Position numbers and translations under genes: made by a program. From the IMG/VR virus record IMGVR_UViG_3300021399_000101, positions 1,630 to 65,629 of that record: a stretch of 64,000 nt of DNA; one strand, given 5' to 3'. This document shows, one piece after another, positions 46,556 through 55,651 of this stretch (position 1 is its first letter; every line of letters starts with the position of its first letter). Source of the stretch: a virus (taxonomy: Duplodnaviria > Heunggongvirae > Uroviricota > Caudoviricetes). The notes beneath the pieces were generated by a model, which saw nothing but the letters and a program-made list of their open reading frames with translations, ran no database searches and had not been told where the DNA came from.

Positions 46556-48088
46556 ATGGCCCAGGTAAAATTAAGAACAGATGGCGGTGCAGATTTACAA
46601 AGCGCATTGATAGTTAATGCAGCCGTAGGAACAGGACTGCCAGAAGATTTTTCTGCAAATCAACACAGCTATTTAGCATATTATAGACACACAGCGGCTC
46701 AGAACGCAAATAACTTGTCAGATGGTTGGCATGATATGAAGGCATATGTAACTAACTGCGCCACTACATCCAATCATGGTACGTTCATCCAGAACAGCTA
46801 TGGTGGCACTCCATTTCAAATATGGATTCCAGATGCTAACGATTATATCTATAAAAGATATAGCACAACTGGATTTACCGGCGGAGAAGGTTGGAAAAAA
46901 CTATCAGCTGGCTATGCAGATTCAGCTCCTTGGACTGGCGTATCTGGAAGACCTACTGCTGTATCCTCTTTCACTAATGATGCTGGATATATAACTGGAA
47001 TCACTAAAGCAACAGTTACAGCAGCTTTAGGCTATACTCCTCCAACTACAAATACTACATATAGCAACGCTACAACGTCTGCGGCGGGTCTTATGTCTGC
47101 AGCTGATAAAATAAAACTCAATGGAGTAGAAACAGGCGCTAATAAATACAGTCTTCCTACAGCTGCCACAGGAACCCTTGGCGGTGTTAAGGTAGGCGCA
47201 AACATTACAATAGATGCTTCTGGCGTAATTAGTCCTACAAAGACTGGTGTTACAGCGGCTTTAGGTTATACTCCGCTTTCAACAACTGGTAAAGCTGCAT
47301 CTGCCGGAAGCGCTGATAGTGCCGGAAGCGTCCCATGGACAGGGGTTACAAACAGGCCCACTGCTGTATCGTCTTTCACTAATGATGCTGGTTATATAAC
47401 TGGAATCACTAAAGCAACAGTAACTGCTGCTCTTGGATATACACCTCCTACCACAAACACAACATACTCTGCAGCAACCACTACTTATGCCGGTTTAGTA
47501 AAAGTAGGAAACAATATCACTATAGATGCATCTGGTGTAATTAGTCCTACAAAGACTGGCGTTACAGCAGCTTTAGGTTATACTCCTCCAACAACTAATA
47601 CCACATATAGTGTTGCAACCACCACCTATGCTGGATTAGTAAAAGTAGGAAACAATATTTCCGCGGATGCTGCAGGTGTTATCAGCCCAACTAAAACTGG
47701 TGTTACAGCGGCACTTGGATATACACCACCTACTACAAATACCACATATTCAGCTGCTACAACCACTTATGCTGGATTGGTAAAAGTGGGAAACAACATT
47801 TCAATAGACTCCTCTGGTATTATTAGCCCTACCAAAACTGGCGTTACAGCTGCTCTAGGATATACACCAACATCATCAGATACCAAAAATACCGCTGGAG
47901 CTACAAACACAACAGCTAAAATATTTTTAGTAGGAGCTACAACACAAGGAGCTGGACCGCAAACATATTCAAACTCCGCTGTATATGCGACAAACGGAGA
48001 TTTCTATGCAACAAAATTTTATGTAGGTGGTACAGTAGCTTATATTTCTTATAACACGGGAAGTGGCGCAATTGAATTTAATAATTAA
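46556..48088 (+). CDS. Tail fibre protein with repeated GVTAALGYTPPTTNTTYS modules
   Basis: Modules shared with 43170-43440 of the upstream fibre gene. Confidence 0.8.
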   Translation: MAQVKLRTDGGADLQSALIVNAAVGTGLPEDFSANQHSYLAYYRHTAAQNANNLSDGWHDMKAYVTNCATTSNHGTFIQNSYGGTPFQIWIPDANDYIYKRYSTTGFTGGEGWKKLSAGYADSAPWTGVSGRPTAVSSFTNDAGYITGITKATVTAALGYTPPTTNTTYSNATTSAAGLMSAADKIKLNGVETGANKYSLPTAATGTLGGVKVGANITIDASGVISPTKTGVTAALGYTPLSTTGKAASAGSADSAGSVPWTGVTNRPTAVSSFTNDAGYITGITKATVTAALGYTPPTTNTTYSAATTTYAGLVKVGNNITIDASGVISPTKTGVTAALGYTPPTTNTTYSVATTTYAGLVKVGNNISADAAGVISPTKTGVTAALGYTPPTTNTTYSAATTTYAGLVKVGNNISIDSSGIISPTKTGVTAALGYTPTSSDTKNTAGATNTTAKIFLVGATTQGAGPQTYSNSAVYATNGDFYATKFYVGGTVAYISYNTGSGAIEFNN

Positions 48089-48096
48089 GGTGAAAT

Positions 48097-50505
48097 ATGA
48101 GTCTTAAAGTATGGTTGCCATTAAATGGCGATATAAAAAATTATGGTGCCTCAAATTTAACGTTTACAAATAACGGCCCTGATAATATTGTCCCAAATAC
48201 TTCTGGAAAAATAGGCTCTTGCTATAAAAGAGCAACCGTTAACTCTTTAGGGCGTATAATATCCAATGAAAACATTTTATTAGATGGAGATTTTTCTATG
48301 TGTTGTTGGGCATATGTAACAGCCACAGTTGGCTCAACAGCAAATGGCTTAGTATCTAATCATGACCATACGTATAGCTCTGGCGCCGGCATAAACGTTA
48401 AACAGATATCAGATTCTGATTATAGAATATGTTGTAGCACTGGTTATGGTTCTGGGAGAACATTTGATACTTATTATGGAACAACTAATATTAAAAATAG
48501 TTGGCATCATTTAACACTAACATATAGAAAAACCGCTCAAACTTTATTATTATATTGTGATGGAGTTCTTGAAAAAACAGTTACTGGCTATAATAATAGC
48601 GCTAGAAGCTCTCAAATAATGGTTTTTGACTGGAGCATTCCATATACTTCAAATAATTTCAAGCCAGCTTGTAGTTTAAATGACGTACGCATATACGATG
48701 AGTGTTTAAGCCCAGATGAAGTAAAAGAAATATCAAAAGCATTAGTAGCATATTATCCGCTAAATCAACCAAGTAGAAACGCAAATCTCATTTCAAGTTT
48801 TTCTGCTGGAAGAAATATTTCCATAGAAAACAATAATGTAATAATAAAAGCGCAAAGTACAGTATCCGATACGTATTTTACGATTAGACTTAATGAAGCC
48901 TTACTTGCAAACACCACTTATACATTATCATGTAAAATTAAAAACATGAACTGTTCGACAAGCTGGTTTTTCCCATTGTTTGCCCAAGGAAACCCAATTT
49001 CAAAACAGCTTGAAATATACAATAATAAGCCAACTACAAGTGTCAGCTTTTCGTTGCCGACAGGTAGCTCATATGTTGGAGCAACAACTATTTTTATGGA
49101 TGATTTGGGCAGGCCGTCAAGCAACCCAAATGATATAACATTATACAATTTCAAATTGGAAAAAGGCGATGTAGCAACACCGTGGTATCCTCCAATTGAT
49201 TCGGCGAGGTTGGATTTAATTGAATACGATAATTCCGGATATAATAGGAATGGGGCGACGACAGATTCAACAAAACCGAGTTTGGTAGTTGATTCCCCAA
49301 GAAACTCTGGTTCTTATCATTTTTCTGCCAACACCCAAAATCTGAGCTTGAATACCAGCTTTCTTCCTACGTTTACAGCTGGCACTGTTTCTTGGTGGGC
49401 GAAAATCGTTCAGAATGGTACGACAGGCACTTTACCATTTACAGGTCACGAACTCGGATACTGGATAGCAGCGTCATCTGGATGGACTGGCGCTTTCTAT
49501 AGTCAAGGCATAAGCGGGAGCGGATATACAATAAAATATTATATAGATGGCGTTGAAGATACCACACCGTCAGGGGCTGATTCCAAATGGCATCATTATA
49601 TGGTGACCGGAGTGAACTTATCAAAATGGACTAAACTTTGGTTGAACAACTACGATGCTGCTTGGAATTCTCCTAATATATATTATTCAGACATCAAATT
49701 CTATAATACAGTTCTTTCAGCAGAGGATGTATCAAAAGAATATCATCGCTTTGCTGCAATTTATTCAGACCATTCACTTGCCACAAATGAAGTGCAAGAG
49801 TATACGGGAAATAATCTTATTCAGAAGGCTAATAACGGTATCGCAAATAAATCATATACAGGAGCGCTTTCTTCATATACGCAAAGCAACTGTCAAGTTT
49901 CGCTTACAGACAATGGTTATAGAATTTACAGGCCAGCAAATAAAACACCGTCTGCTGATGGAAATACAATGTGGGGCGGATTAGTAATTAGACCCTATAA
50001 TGAAAATAATACAGATGTATTTATTAAGGGGCATACATATATCCTTAAATGGCATGTAAAAGGCAAAAGTTCAAACTCCGCTGATTTTGGATGGTCTAAT
50101 AATGTAGGGTGGGGAGGAGGAGGATTAATGCCCTCACCATCTAATGATTCTTGGCAAAACATATCTACTAATTTTAACGGAGAAATGGAATGCTGGTATA
50201 AATGGACAATAAATGACGATGTGTATAAAGTGTGTACATCATCATACTCCAGTTTTGTTCAGGGACAAACTTATTTGTCGTATCGAGATTTTAAATTTGG
50301 GTTCAGCTATACAGACACGGGAAGCTTAGGAACTGATTTATACATTACAAATGTACGATTATACGATATAACAAACGATAATCAGAAAGTTAAAATTGGG
50401 GTGAATGGAGTAATAAATGGAAACATTGTAGAAGGCAATTTTGATAATGTTTCTATGCTTCCAGATGGAGAATTTTACACCACTCAATTTATTGAAAGGA
50501 TTTAA
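48097..50505 (+). CDS. Receptor-binding protein with two LamG/concanavalin-like domains and carbohydrate-binding-like inserts
   Basis: LKVWLPLNG, FSMCCW, WHHLTLTY...LLLYCDGV, LNDVRIYDECLSPDEV, LVAYYPLN, WHHYMVT, YSDIKFYNTVLSAEDV. Confidence 0.85.
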   Translation: MSLKVWLPLNGDIKNYGASNLTFTNNGPDNIVPNTSGKIGSCYKRATVNSLGRIISNENILLDGDFSMCCWAYVTATVGSTANGLVSNHDHTYSSGAGINVKQISDSDYRICCSTGYGSGRTFDTYYGTTNIKNSWHHLTLTYRKTAQTLLLYCDGVLEKTVTGYNNSARSSQIMVFDWSIPYTSNNFKPACSLNDVRIYDECLSPDEVKEISKALVAYYPLNQPSRNANLISSFSAGRNISIENNNVIIKAQSTVSDTYFTIRLNEALLANTTYTLSCKIKNMNCSTSWFFPLFAQGNPISKQLEIYNNKPTTSVSFSLPTGSSYVGATTIFMDDLGRPSSNPNDITLYNFKLEKGDVATPWYPPIDSARLDLIEYDNSGYNRNGATTDSTKPSLVVDSPRNSGSYHFSANTQNLSLNTSFLPTFTAGTVSWWAKIVQNGTTGTLPFTGHELGYWIAASSGWTGAFYSQGISGSGYTIKYYIDGVEDTTPSGADSKWHHYMVTGVNLSKWTKLWLNNYDAAWNSPNIYYSDIKFYNTVLSAEDVSKEYHRFAAIYSDHSLATNEVQEYTGNNLIQKANNGIANKSYTGALSSYTQSNCQVSLTDNGYRIYRPANKTPSADGNTMWGGLVIRPYNENNTDVFIKGHTYILKWHVKGKSSNSADFGWSNNVGWGGGGLMPSPSNDSWQNISTNFNGEMECWYKWTINDDVYKVCTSSYSSFVQGQTYLSYRDFKFGFSYTDTGSLGTDLYITNVRLYDITNDNQKVKIGVNGVINGNIVEGNFDNVSMLPDGEFYTTQFIERI

Positions 50506-50507
50506 AG

Positions 50508-51686
50508 ATGGCTCAACTAACATCGACGATTATATATGGCGCGCTATCAGTAACAGATACTATAAGTGAAAGTGGAACTTTGCTTTCTGCAAAATATGCT
50601 GCCAAATCTCATTCACATACTTATGTTCCTGCTGGTACTATAAGCGTTGGGAGCGGAACTGCCAACTACACCCCAACAGGTTCAGTAGGAGTTTCTGTAA
50701 CACAACACTCTTACACCCCAACAGGCTCAGTAGGAGTTTCTGTAACACAGCATTCTTACACACCAACAGGCTCAGTATCTGTAAGTATTACTGACCATAG
50801 TTATACACCTGCTGGTACTATAAGCACTGGAACCGGAACTGCCAATTACACTCCAACAGGTTCAGTAGGAGTTTCTGTAACACAACACTCTTATACTCCA
50901 ACAGGTTCAGTATCTGTAAGTATTACTGACCATAGTTATACTCCAGCTGGAACTATAAGTACTGGAACTGGAACTGCCAACTACACCCCAACAGGAACTG
51001 TGTCTGTAAGTATTACTGACCACTCTTATACTCCAACAGGAACTGTGTCTGTAAGTATTACTGACCACTCTTATACTCCAACAGGAACTGTGTCTGTAAG
51101 TATTACTGACCACTCTTATACTCCAACAGGAACTGTAAGCGTATCGCCATCATTAAGCGCAACATACACATCTGGAACTAAAACTTTGGCATTAGGTGTT
51201 TCTGCTTCTGGAAGTTTCTCTGGTTCGGCAGCTACATTGTCACACACAAGGTCTGGAAGCTTTACTGGTACAAAAGCAACGCTTTCACATACAAGGTCAG
51301 GAAGTTTTACTGGTACTGCAGCTACATTATCGCACACAAGGTCTGGAAGCTTTACTGGTACTGGAAAACAGCTTGTGTTCTCTGGCTCAGCAGCTACATT
51401 ATCGCATACAAGGTCAGGAAGTTTCACTGGTACTGCAGCGACACTTACACATACGGCTTCTGGAAGCTTTACCGGTACTGGAAAACAGCTTGTGTTCTCT
51501 GGTTCGGCAGCAACGCTTTCACATACAAGGTCAGGAAGTTTTACTGGTACTGCGGCTACATTATCGCATACAGCTTCAGGAAGTTTCACTGGTACTGCAG
51601 CGACACTTACACATACGGCTTCTGGAAGCTTTACCGGTACTGGAAAACAGCTTGTGTTCTCTGGCACAACAGGAACAGCATCCTAA
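50508..51686 (+). CDS. Mirror-repeat His/Thr/Ser-rich needle-like fibre protein
   Basis: N-half TPTG(S/T)VSVS(IT/VT)(D/Q)HSY units; C-half ATL(S/T)HT(R/A)SGSFTG units in inverse order. Confidence 0.75.
   Translation: MAQLTSTIIYGALSVTDTISESGTLLSAKYAAKSHSHTYVPAGTISVGSGTANYTPTGSVGVSVTQHSYTPTGSVGVSVTQHSYTPTGSVSVSITDHSYTPAGTISTGTGTANYTPTGSVGVSVTQHSYTPTGSVSVSITDHSYTPAGTISTGTGTANYTPTGTVSVSITDHSYTPTGTVSVSITDHSYTPTGTVSVSITDHSYTPTGTVSVSPSLSATYTSGTKTLALGVSASGSFSGSAATLSHTRSGSFTGTKATLSHTRSGSFTGTAATLSHTRSGSFTGTGKQLVFSGSAATLSHTRSGSFTGTAATLTHTASGSFTGTGKQLVFSGSAATLSHTRSGSFTGTAATLSHTASGSFTGTAATLTHTASGSFTGTGKQLVFSGTTGTAS
50994..51130 (+). repeat. Three exact tandem 45-bp coding repeats
   Basis: GGAACTGTGTCTGTAAGTATTACTGACCACTCTTATACTCCAACA x3. 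Confidence 0.9.
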
Positions 51687-51706
51687 AACGCAACTTAACA
51701 TGTTAC

Positions 51707-51736
51707 AAACCCAGCCTAAAAGCTGGGTTTTTATTT
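51707..51736 (+). terminator. Rho-independent terminator
   Basis: AAACCCAGC-CTAAAA-GCTGGGTTT-TTATTTC. Confidence 0.8.
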
Positions 51737-51749
51737 CTTATATAATTTT

Positions 51750-52325
51750 ATGGATAATAATTATGTTTTTGCTTTAGATGTTGACGGTGTTCTCACTGAT
51801 GGAAAGTTTTTGTGGGACGCCGAAGGAAATAAAGCTTATAAAGAATTTGGCCCAGACGATGCTGATGCTCTTAAAATTCTTGCAAGATATATGCCTGTAG
51901 TTCTTTTTTCTAAGGACGGCAAAGGCTATAAAATTTCAGAAAGCAGGGCTAACCATATGGGCTTTCCAATCTACTATATGGATACGCAAGAAAGGCTTGA
52001 TTTTATTGCCAAAGTGTTTGGTGTTTCAAATGCAATTTATATGGGAGATTCTTTCATGGATGTGCCTGTATTAAAATTGTGTAAGTATGGCATAGCCACA
52101 GATACTTCTTCACCTTATGCAAAAGAAGCAGCCGATTATGTTACTACAACAGGTGGAGGAAACAGAGCGGTTGCCGAAGCTTGTTTTTGGATTATGAAAA
52201 ACGTCTTGAAAATGAATTCTGTAGAGCTGATAACAGGCGCTTCCTTAGAGCTTGACAACAAACCATGCGAATTAAAAACTTATGAGATGGGATTATATGA
52301 TATACGAAAAAGAAATTCTAAATGA
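51750..52325 (+). CDS. KdsC/YrbI-like HAD sugar-phosphate phosphatase
   Basis: ALDVDGVLTDG, YMGDSFMDVPVL, DYVT...GGNRAVAE. Confidence 0.85.
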   Translation: MDNNYVFALDVDGVLTDGKFLWDAEGNKAYKEFGPDDADALKILARYMPVVLFSKDGKGYKISESRANHMGFPIYYMDTQERLDFIAKVFGVSNAIYMGDSFMDVPVLKLCKYGIATDTSSPYAKEAADYVTTTGGGNRAVAEACFWIMKNVLKMNSVELITGASLELDNKPCELKTYEMGLYDIRKRNSK

Positions 52326-52860
52326 AATAAAGCAAGTACTTGACTCAATAGACGATAAAGATGTAGATAAACTTGTTGAAATGATTGAGTCGTCTGATAA
52401 GGTTGTCGGCTACGGGGCTGGAAGAATGGGGTTAAGTGTTAAAGCATTCATAATGCGCCTTAATCATCTTGGCATAAATGCGTACTACGTAGATGACACA
52501 TATATCCCGCCATTAACCGAATTCGATTTGCTTCTTGTATCAAGTGGTTCTGGTGAAACCACAATGGTAAAGACATTTATGAAAAAAGCCATTGAAAAAA
52601 CCGGATGCGCTGCAGCAGTAGTCACAGGAGACAAAGATTCAAGCATGGCTAGAATGGCTAATCTTGCTGTAACATTTAAACCTTGCAACGGTGGCTTAAA
52701 TTCAGCTGATTCAATTGAAAAAATAAATTCAATCCAGCTTATGAGTACTCTTAATGAGCAGGCTACATATATTTTGTTTGATATAATAGCAAAAAGAATC
52801 GCTGATGATTTGAATATGGACACTGAAAAAACAAAGAGGTACCACTTCAATGTCGAATGA
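52297..52860 (+). CDS. SIS-domain sugar-phosphate isomerase (HxlB/PHI-like)
   Basis: VVGYGAGRMG...AFIMRLNHLG, LLLVSSGSGET, MSTLNEQ; start MIYEK at 52297 preferred. Confidence 0.85.
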   Translation: MIYEKEILNEIKQVLDSIDDKDVDKLVEMIESSDKVVGYGAGRMGLSVKAFIMRLNHLGINAYYVDDTYIPPLTEFDLLLVSSGSGETTMVKTFMKKAIEKTGCAAAVVTGDKDSSMARMANLAVTFKPCNGGLNSADSIEKINSIQLMSTLNEQATYILFDIIAKRIADDLNMDTEKTKRYHFNVE

Positions 52861-52864
52861 AAAC

Positions 52865-53020
52865 ATGATAGTTTTTTCAGATTGGTTACTTGTATGTAAT
52901 ATGGATTATGATAAGAAATTTATTGACCTGAATAAATTAAAAAACATCAAATCGCCAAATATACCTATAAAATATTTAGGAAAAATAAAAATAAACAGGA
53001 ATTTAAAGAATGTTAAATAA
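52865..53020 (+). CDS. Small 51-aa ORF filling the gap between the SIS and epimerase genes
   Basis: Own translation MIVFSDWLLVCNMDYDKKFIDLNKLKNIKSPNIPIKYLGKIKINRNLKNVK; below the ORF-track cutoff; overlaps the next start. Confidence 0.45.
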   Translation: MIVFSDWLLVCNMDYDKKFIDLNKLKNIKSPNIPIKYLGKIKINRNLKNVK

Positions 53021-53738
53021 AATAACCGCTTCACTTATTTGCATGGATTTATCTGATATAAAAACAGATATAGACACACTTCTTGATAACGGAATAAATT
53101 CTCTTCATGCCGATTTTATGGACAATACATTTGTTCCGAGGCTTGGAATAAGTCCAGAGCTGATAAAGTGGATAAAAAACAGGTACGGCGACAATGTTCA
53201 TATAGATTCTCATCTTATGGTTCAAAATCCATATCAGTGTATAGATGTAATAGCTCCGTTCTCAGACTGGGTTTTCTTCCATTATGAAGCAGTTTCTGAC
53301 CCCGTGAGAATATTGCAGAAGCTCTGTGAACATGATGTAAAGAAAGGGATAGTTTATAATATAGGGACAGATACAAACGAATCTTTGATTAATACAAATC
53401 TTGTCAATGGTGTTATGTTTATGGGTATCAGCCCTGGGGTTCTGGGAACAAGGTCCTGGCCTGAAATCTTAAAAGAGAAGATGATACAACACAGATGTAT
53501 AATTGAGCGTATAATAAAGCATGATGACATTCCTGTATTTCTTGACGGAGGAATAGATTTCAATTCAATAGGTGAACTTACAAAAGACTTGAATATTATA
53601 TTCAGTTCTTGCAAGGGAGCAGATAAGGTTGTCTGCGGCTCATCCACTTTGTTTAAAATAGATGATGATACCTGCCTCATGGATAGAGAGGAAATGATTA
53701 AATTCAATATCCGCAGAATTGAAGAGGCAATGCAATGA
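53010..53738 (+). CDS. Ribulose-phosphate 3-epimerase family (Rpe/AlsE-like)
   Basis: ASLICMD, LHADFMDNTFVPRLG, DSHLMV, FHYEA, FMGISPG, LDGGI, VCGSS. Confidence 0.9.
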   Translation: MLNKITASLICMDLSDIKTDIDTLLDNGINSLHADFMDNTFVPRLGISPELIKWIKNRYGDNVHIDSHLMVQNPYQCIDVIAPFSDWVFFHYEAVSDPVRILQKLCEHDVKKGIVYNIGTDTNESLINTNLVNGVMFMGISPGVLGTRSWPEILKEKMIQHRCIIERIIKHDDIPVFLDGGIDFNSIGELTKDLNIIFSSCKGADKVVCGSSTLFKIDDDTCLMDREEMIKFNIRRIEEAMQ

Positions 53739-53956
53739 AAGTAAAAGAACTTATAAAAAAGCTTGAAACTTATGACCCTGAATATGATATGATGATAGCG
53801 CTTCCTCCGGGATGGTATAAAGAGGAAGACACTGAAAACGAAGAGATTTGGGAAAAAGACGGTTGGAGTCTTGATTCCATAGATTATGTAATTATCTCAG
53901 ATAAAAACAGATTTGTGTCAGTATGCCCTATTAACGCTCCAAAGGAAATAGAATGA
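53735..53956 (+). CDS. Small hypothetical protein (MxVKELI-type N-terminus)
   Basis: MKVKELIKKLETYDPEYD; coupled on both sides. Confidence 0.7.
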   Translation: MKVKELIKKLETYDPEYDMMIALPPGWYKEEDTENEEIWEKDGWSLDSIDYVIISDKNRFVSVCPINAPKEIE

Positions 53957-55572
53957 GAACAGTAGTAATTCCTTCTGCCGGTACAGGCTCACGTCTCGGC
54001 GATTTTACTAAAAACTATAACAAAGCCATGTGTACGCTTGGCCCCAAGCCTGTAATCTCTTACATTATAGAACATTTCACCAAGGAAGATGAGATTATAA
54101 TTCTTCTTGGATATAAAGGAGACTTACTCAGGCAGGTAGTCAAAGCATGCTATCCTGACTGGAATATAAAATTTGTCGAGGTTGATATTTATGAAGGCCC
54201 AAGAAGCGGTCTAGGTTATTCTCTTTCAAAAGCATATGATTATTTACAAAAGCCGTTTATCTTCTGGCCCAATGACACGCTATTAGAAAACGACATAAAT
54301 GACATGCTTTATGATAACAACTGGATTATAGTCGGCAGCCACGAGCAAGATTCCAGAAGTTATAGACACGCTATAGGAAATAAGAATGATAACAGCTTGA
54401 CGATGATTCTTCCAAAATCTTCAATTGGATATAAATTTTCTTATCCTTATACTGGAGTTTGCTTCGTAAAAGACTATGAAAACTTTTGGGACGCTTTTCG
54501 TTCTAATAGAGAAACTTTTATAAATGAAGGAGAGGTAATCGGTTTAAACAATCTCGATAACATAATAATTTATCCTGCAGAAAGATGGATTGACACAGGC
54601 AATAAAGAGCTGTTTGAAAAAGCCAAAATCGAATACTCAAGAAGAATGGAAGAAACAGTACTGGAAAAACCAGACGAGGCAATTTGGTTTATTGATAGCA
54701 GAGTTATCAAATTCCATATTGATAAAAAGTTTATATCTGATAGGGTAAAAAGATTTGGCACATTACTTTCTGATGGCCAAAAAAAGGCCGGAATGAAAAT
54801 ACCGAAGCTTCTTTATCATGATGAGAATGTTTATGTCTATAAAAGAGAACCTGGGATAATAGCTTCCAGGGAAATAGATATAAGTGTTTTTGACCGTCTC
54901 CTTGATGGGTTCTTCAGGTTTAAAGAGGAAAAACTAACAGACGAAGAAGCTTTAAGAATTTATACTGATTTTTATAGAGATAAAACAATTTCCAGAATAA
55001 ATAAATTTTGCGATGAAAATGGAGAATCAGATGGAGAGCCTGTTTTTATAAATGGACTTGCGTGTAGGTCGGCTCTAGACCTTGTTAAATTAATCAATTG
55101 GGAATACATTTCAAAAAACGGAGTTTTTACAAAAAACTATCATGGAGACTTTCATCTTGAAAACATATTAATTCAAAAAGACAATTTCGTGTTACTTGAT
55201 TGGAGGCAAAACTTCGGCAAGTCTGAAATAGGCGATGCCTATTATGACCTTGCTAAAATGTGGCACTCTTTAATAGTCAATCATATGATGGTTAAAGATA
55301 TGAGGTTCACAGTTGAAAATGTCGGAAGAAACTCAATCAAAATAGACATAGACAGAACATTTATAGATACCGAATGCGAGAATGACCTTAAAAACTACAT
55401 TGAAAGAAACTTCATACTGGAACAGGCTGAATTACTTACATGCTTAATATTTCTTAATATAGCCGCTTGTCATGTTTATCCATATTCAAGGTTTTTGTTC
55501 TATCTAGGAAAATACCTACTTAACAGTTTTTATTATAGACATATAGACAGTAAAATATTTAAGACCGCTTAG
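53953..55572 (+). CDS. Bifunctional sugar-phosphate nucleotidyltransferase plus APH/choline-kinase-like kinase
   Basis: VIPSAGTGSRLG...NKAM (nucleotidyltransferase), WIDTG; C-terminal YHGDFHLENIL, LLDWR, YYDLAK (APH fold). Confidence 0.85.
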   Translation: MRTVVIPSAGTGSRLGDFTKNYNKAMCTLGPKPVISYIIEHFTKEDEIIILLGYKGDLLRQVVKACYPDWNIKFVEVDIYEGPRSGLGYSLSKAYDYLQKPFIFWPNDTLLENDINDMLYDNNWIIVGSHEQDSRSYRHAIGNKNDNSLTMILPKSSIGYKFSYPYTGVCFVKDYENFWDAFRSNRETFINEGEVIGLNNLDNIIIYPAERWIDTGNKELFEKAKIEYSRRMEETVLEKPDEAIWFIDSRVIKFHIDKKFISDRVKRFGTLLSDGQKKAGMKIPKLLYHDENVYVYKREPGIIASREIDISVFDRLLDGFFRFKEEKLTDEEALRIYTDFYRDKTISRINKFCDENGESDGEPVFINGLACRSALDLVKLINWEYISKNGVFTKNYHGDFHLENILIQKDNFVLLDWRQNFGKSEIGDAYYDLAKMWHSLIVNHMMVKDMRFTVENVGRNSIKIDIDRTFIDTECENDLKNYIERNFILEQAELLTCLIFLNIAACHVYPYSRFLFYLGKYLLNSFYYRHIDSKIFKTA

Positions 55573-55586
55573 GGCGGTCTTTTTTT
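55561..55586 (+). terminator. Rho-independent terminator
   Basis: AAGACCGC-TTAGG-GCGGTCTT-TTTTT. Confidence 0.85.
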
Positions 55587-55651
55587 ATAGAGCTAACAAC
55601 CAAGGTAATTAAAGATAATTATGTATAATTTTGGCCTTTAGGAGATAATAA

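Noticed and set aside
50994-51130. CRISPR-like 45-bp repeats
   Set aside because: Directly tandem with no spacers, in frame within a CDS, and no cas genes.
50907-51777. Overlapping ORFs 50907-, 51116- and 51196+
   Set aside because: Frame and antisense shadows of the repeat protein 50508..51686.
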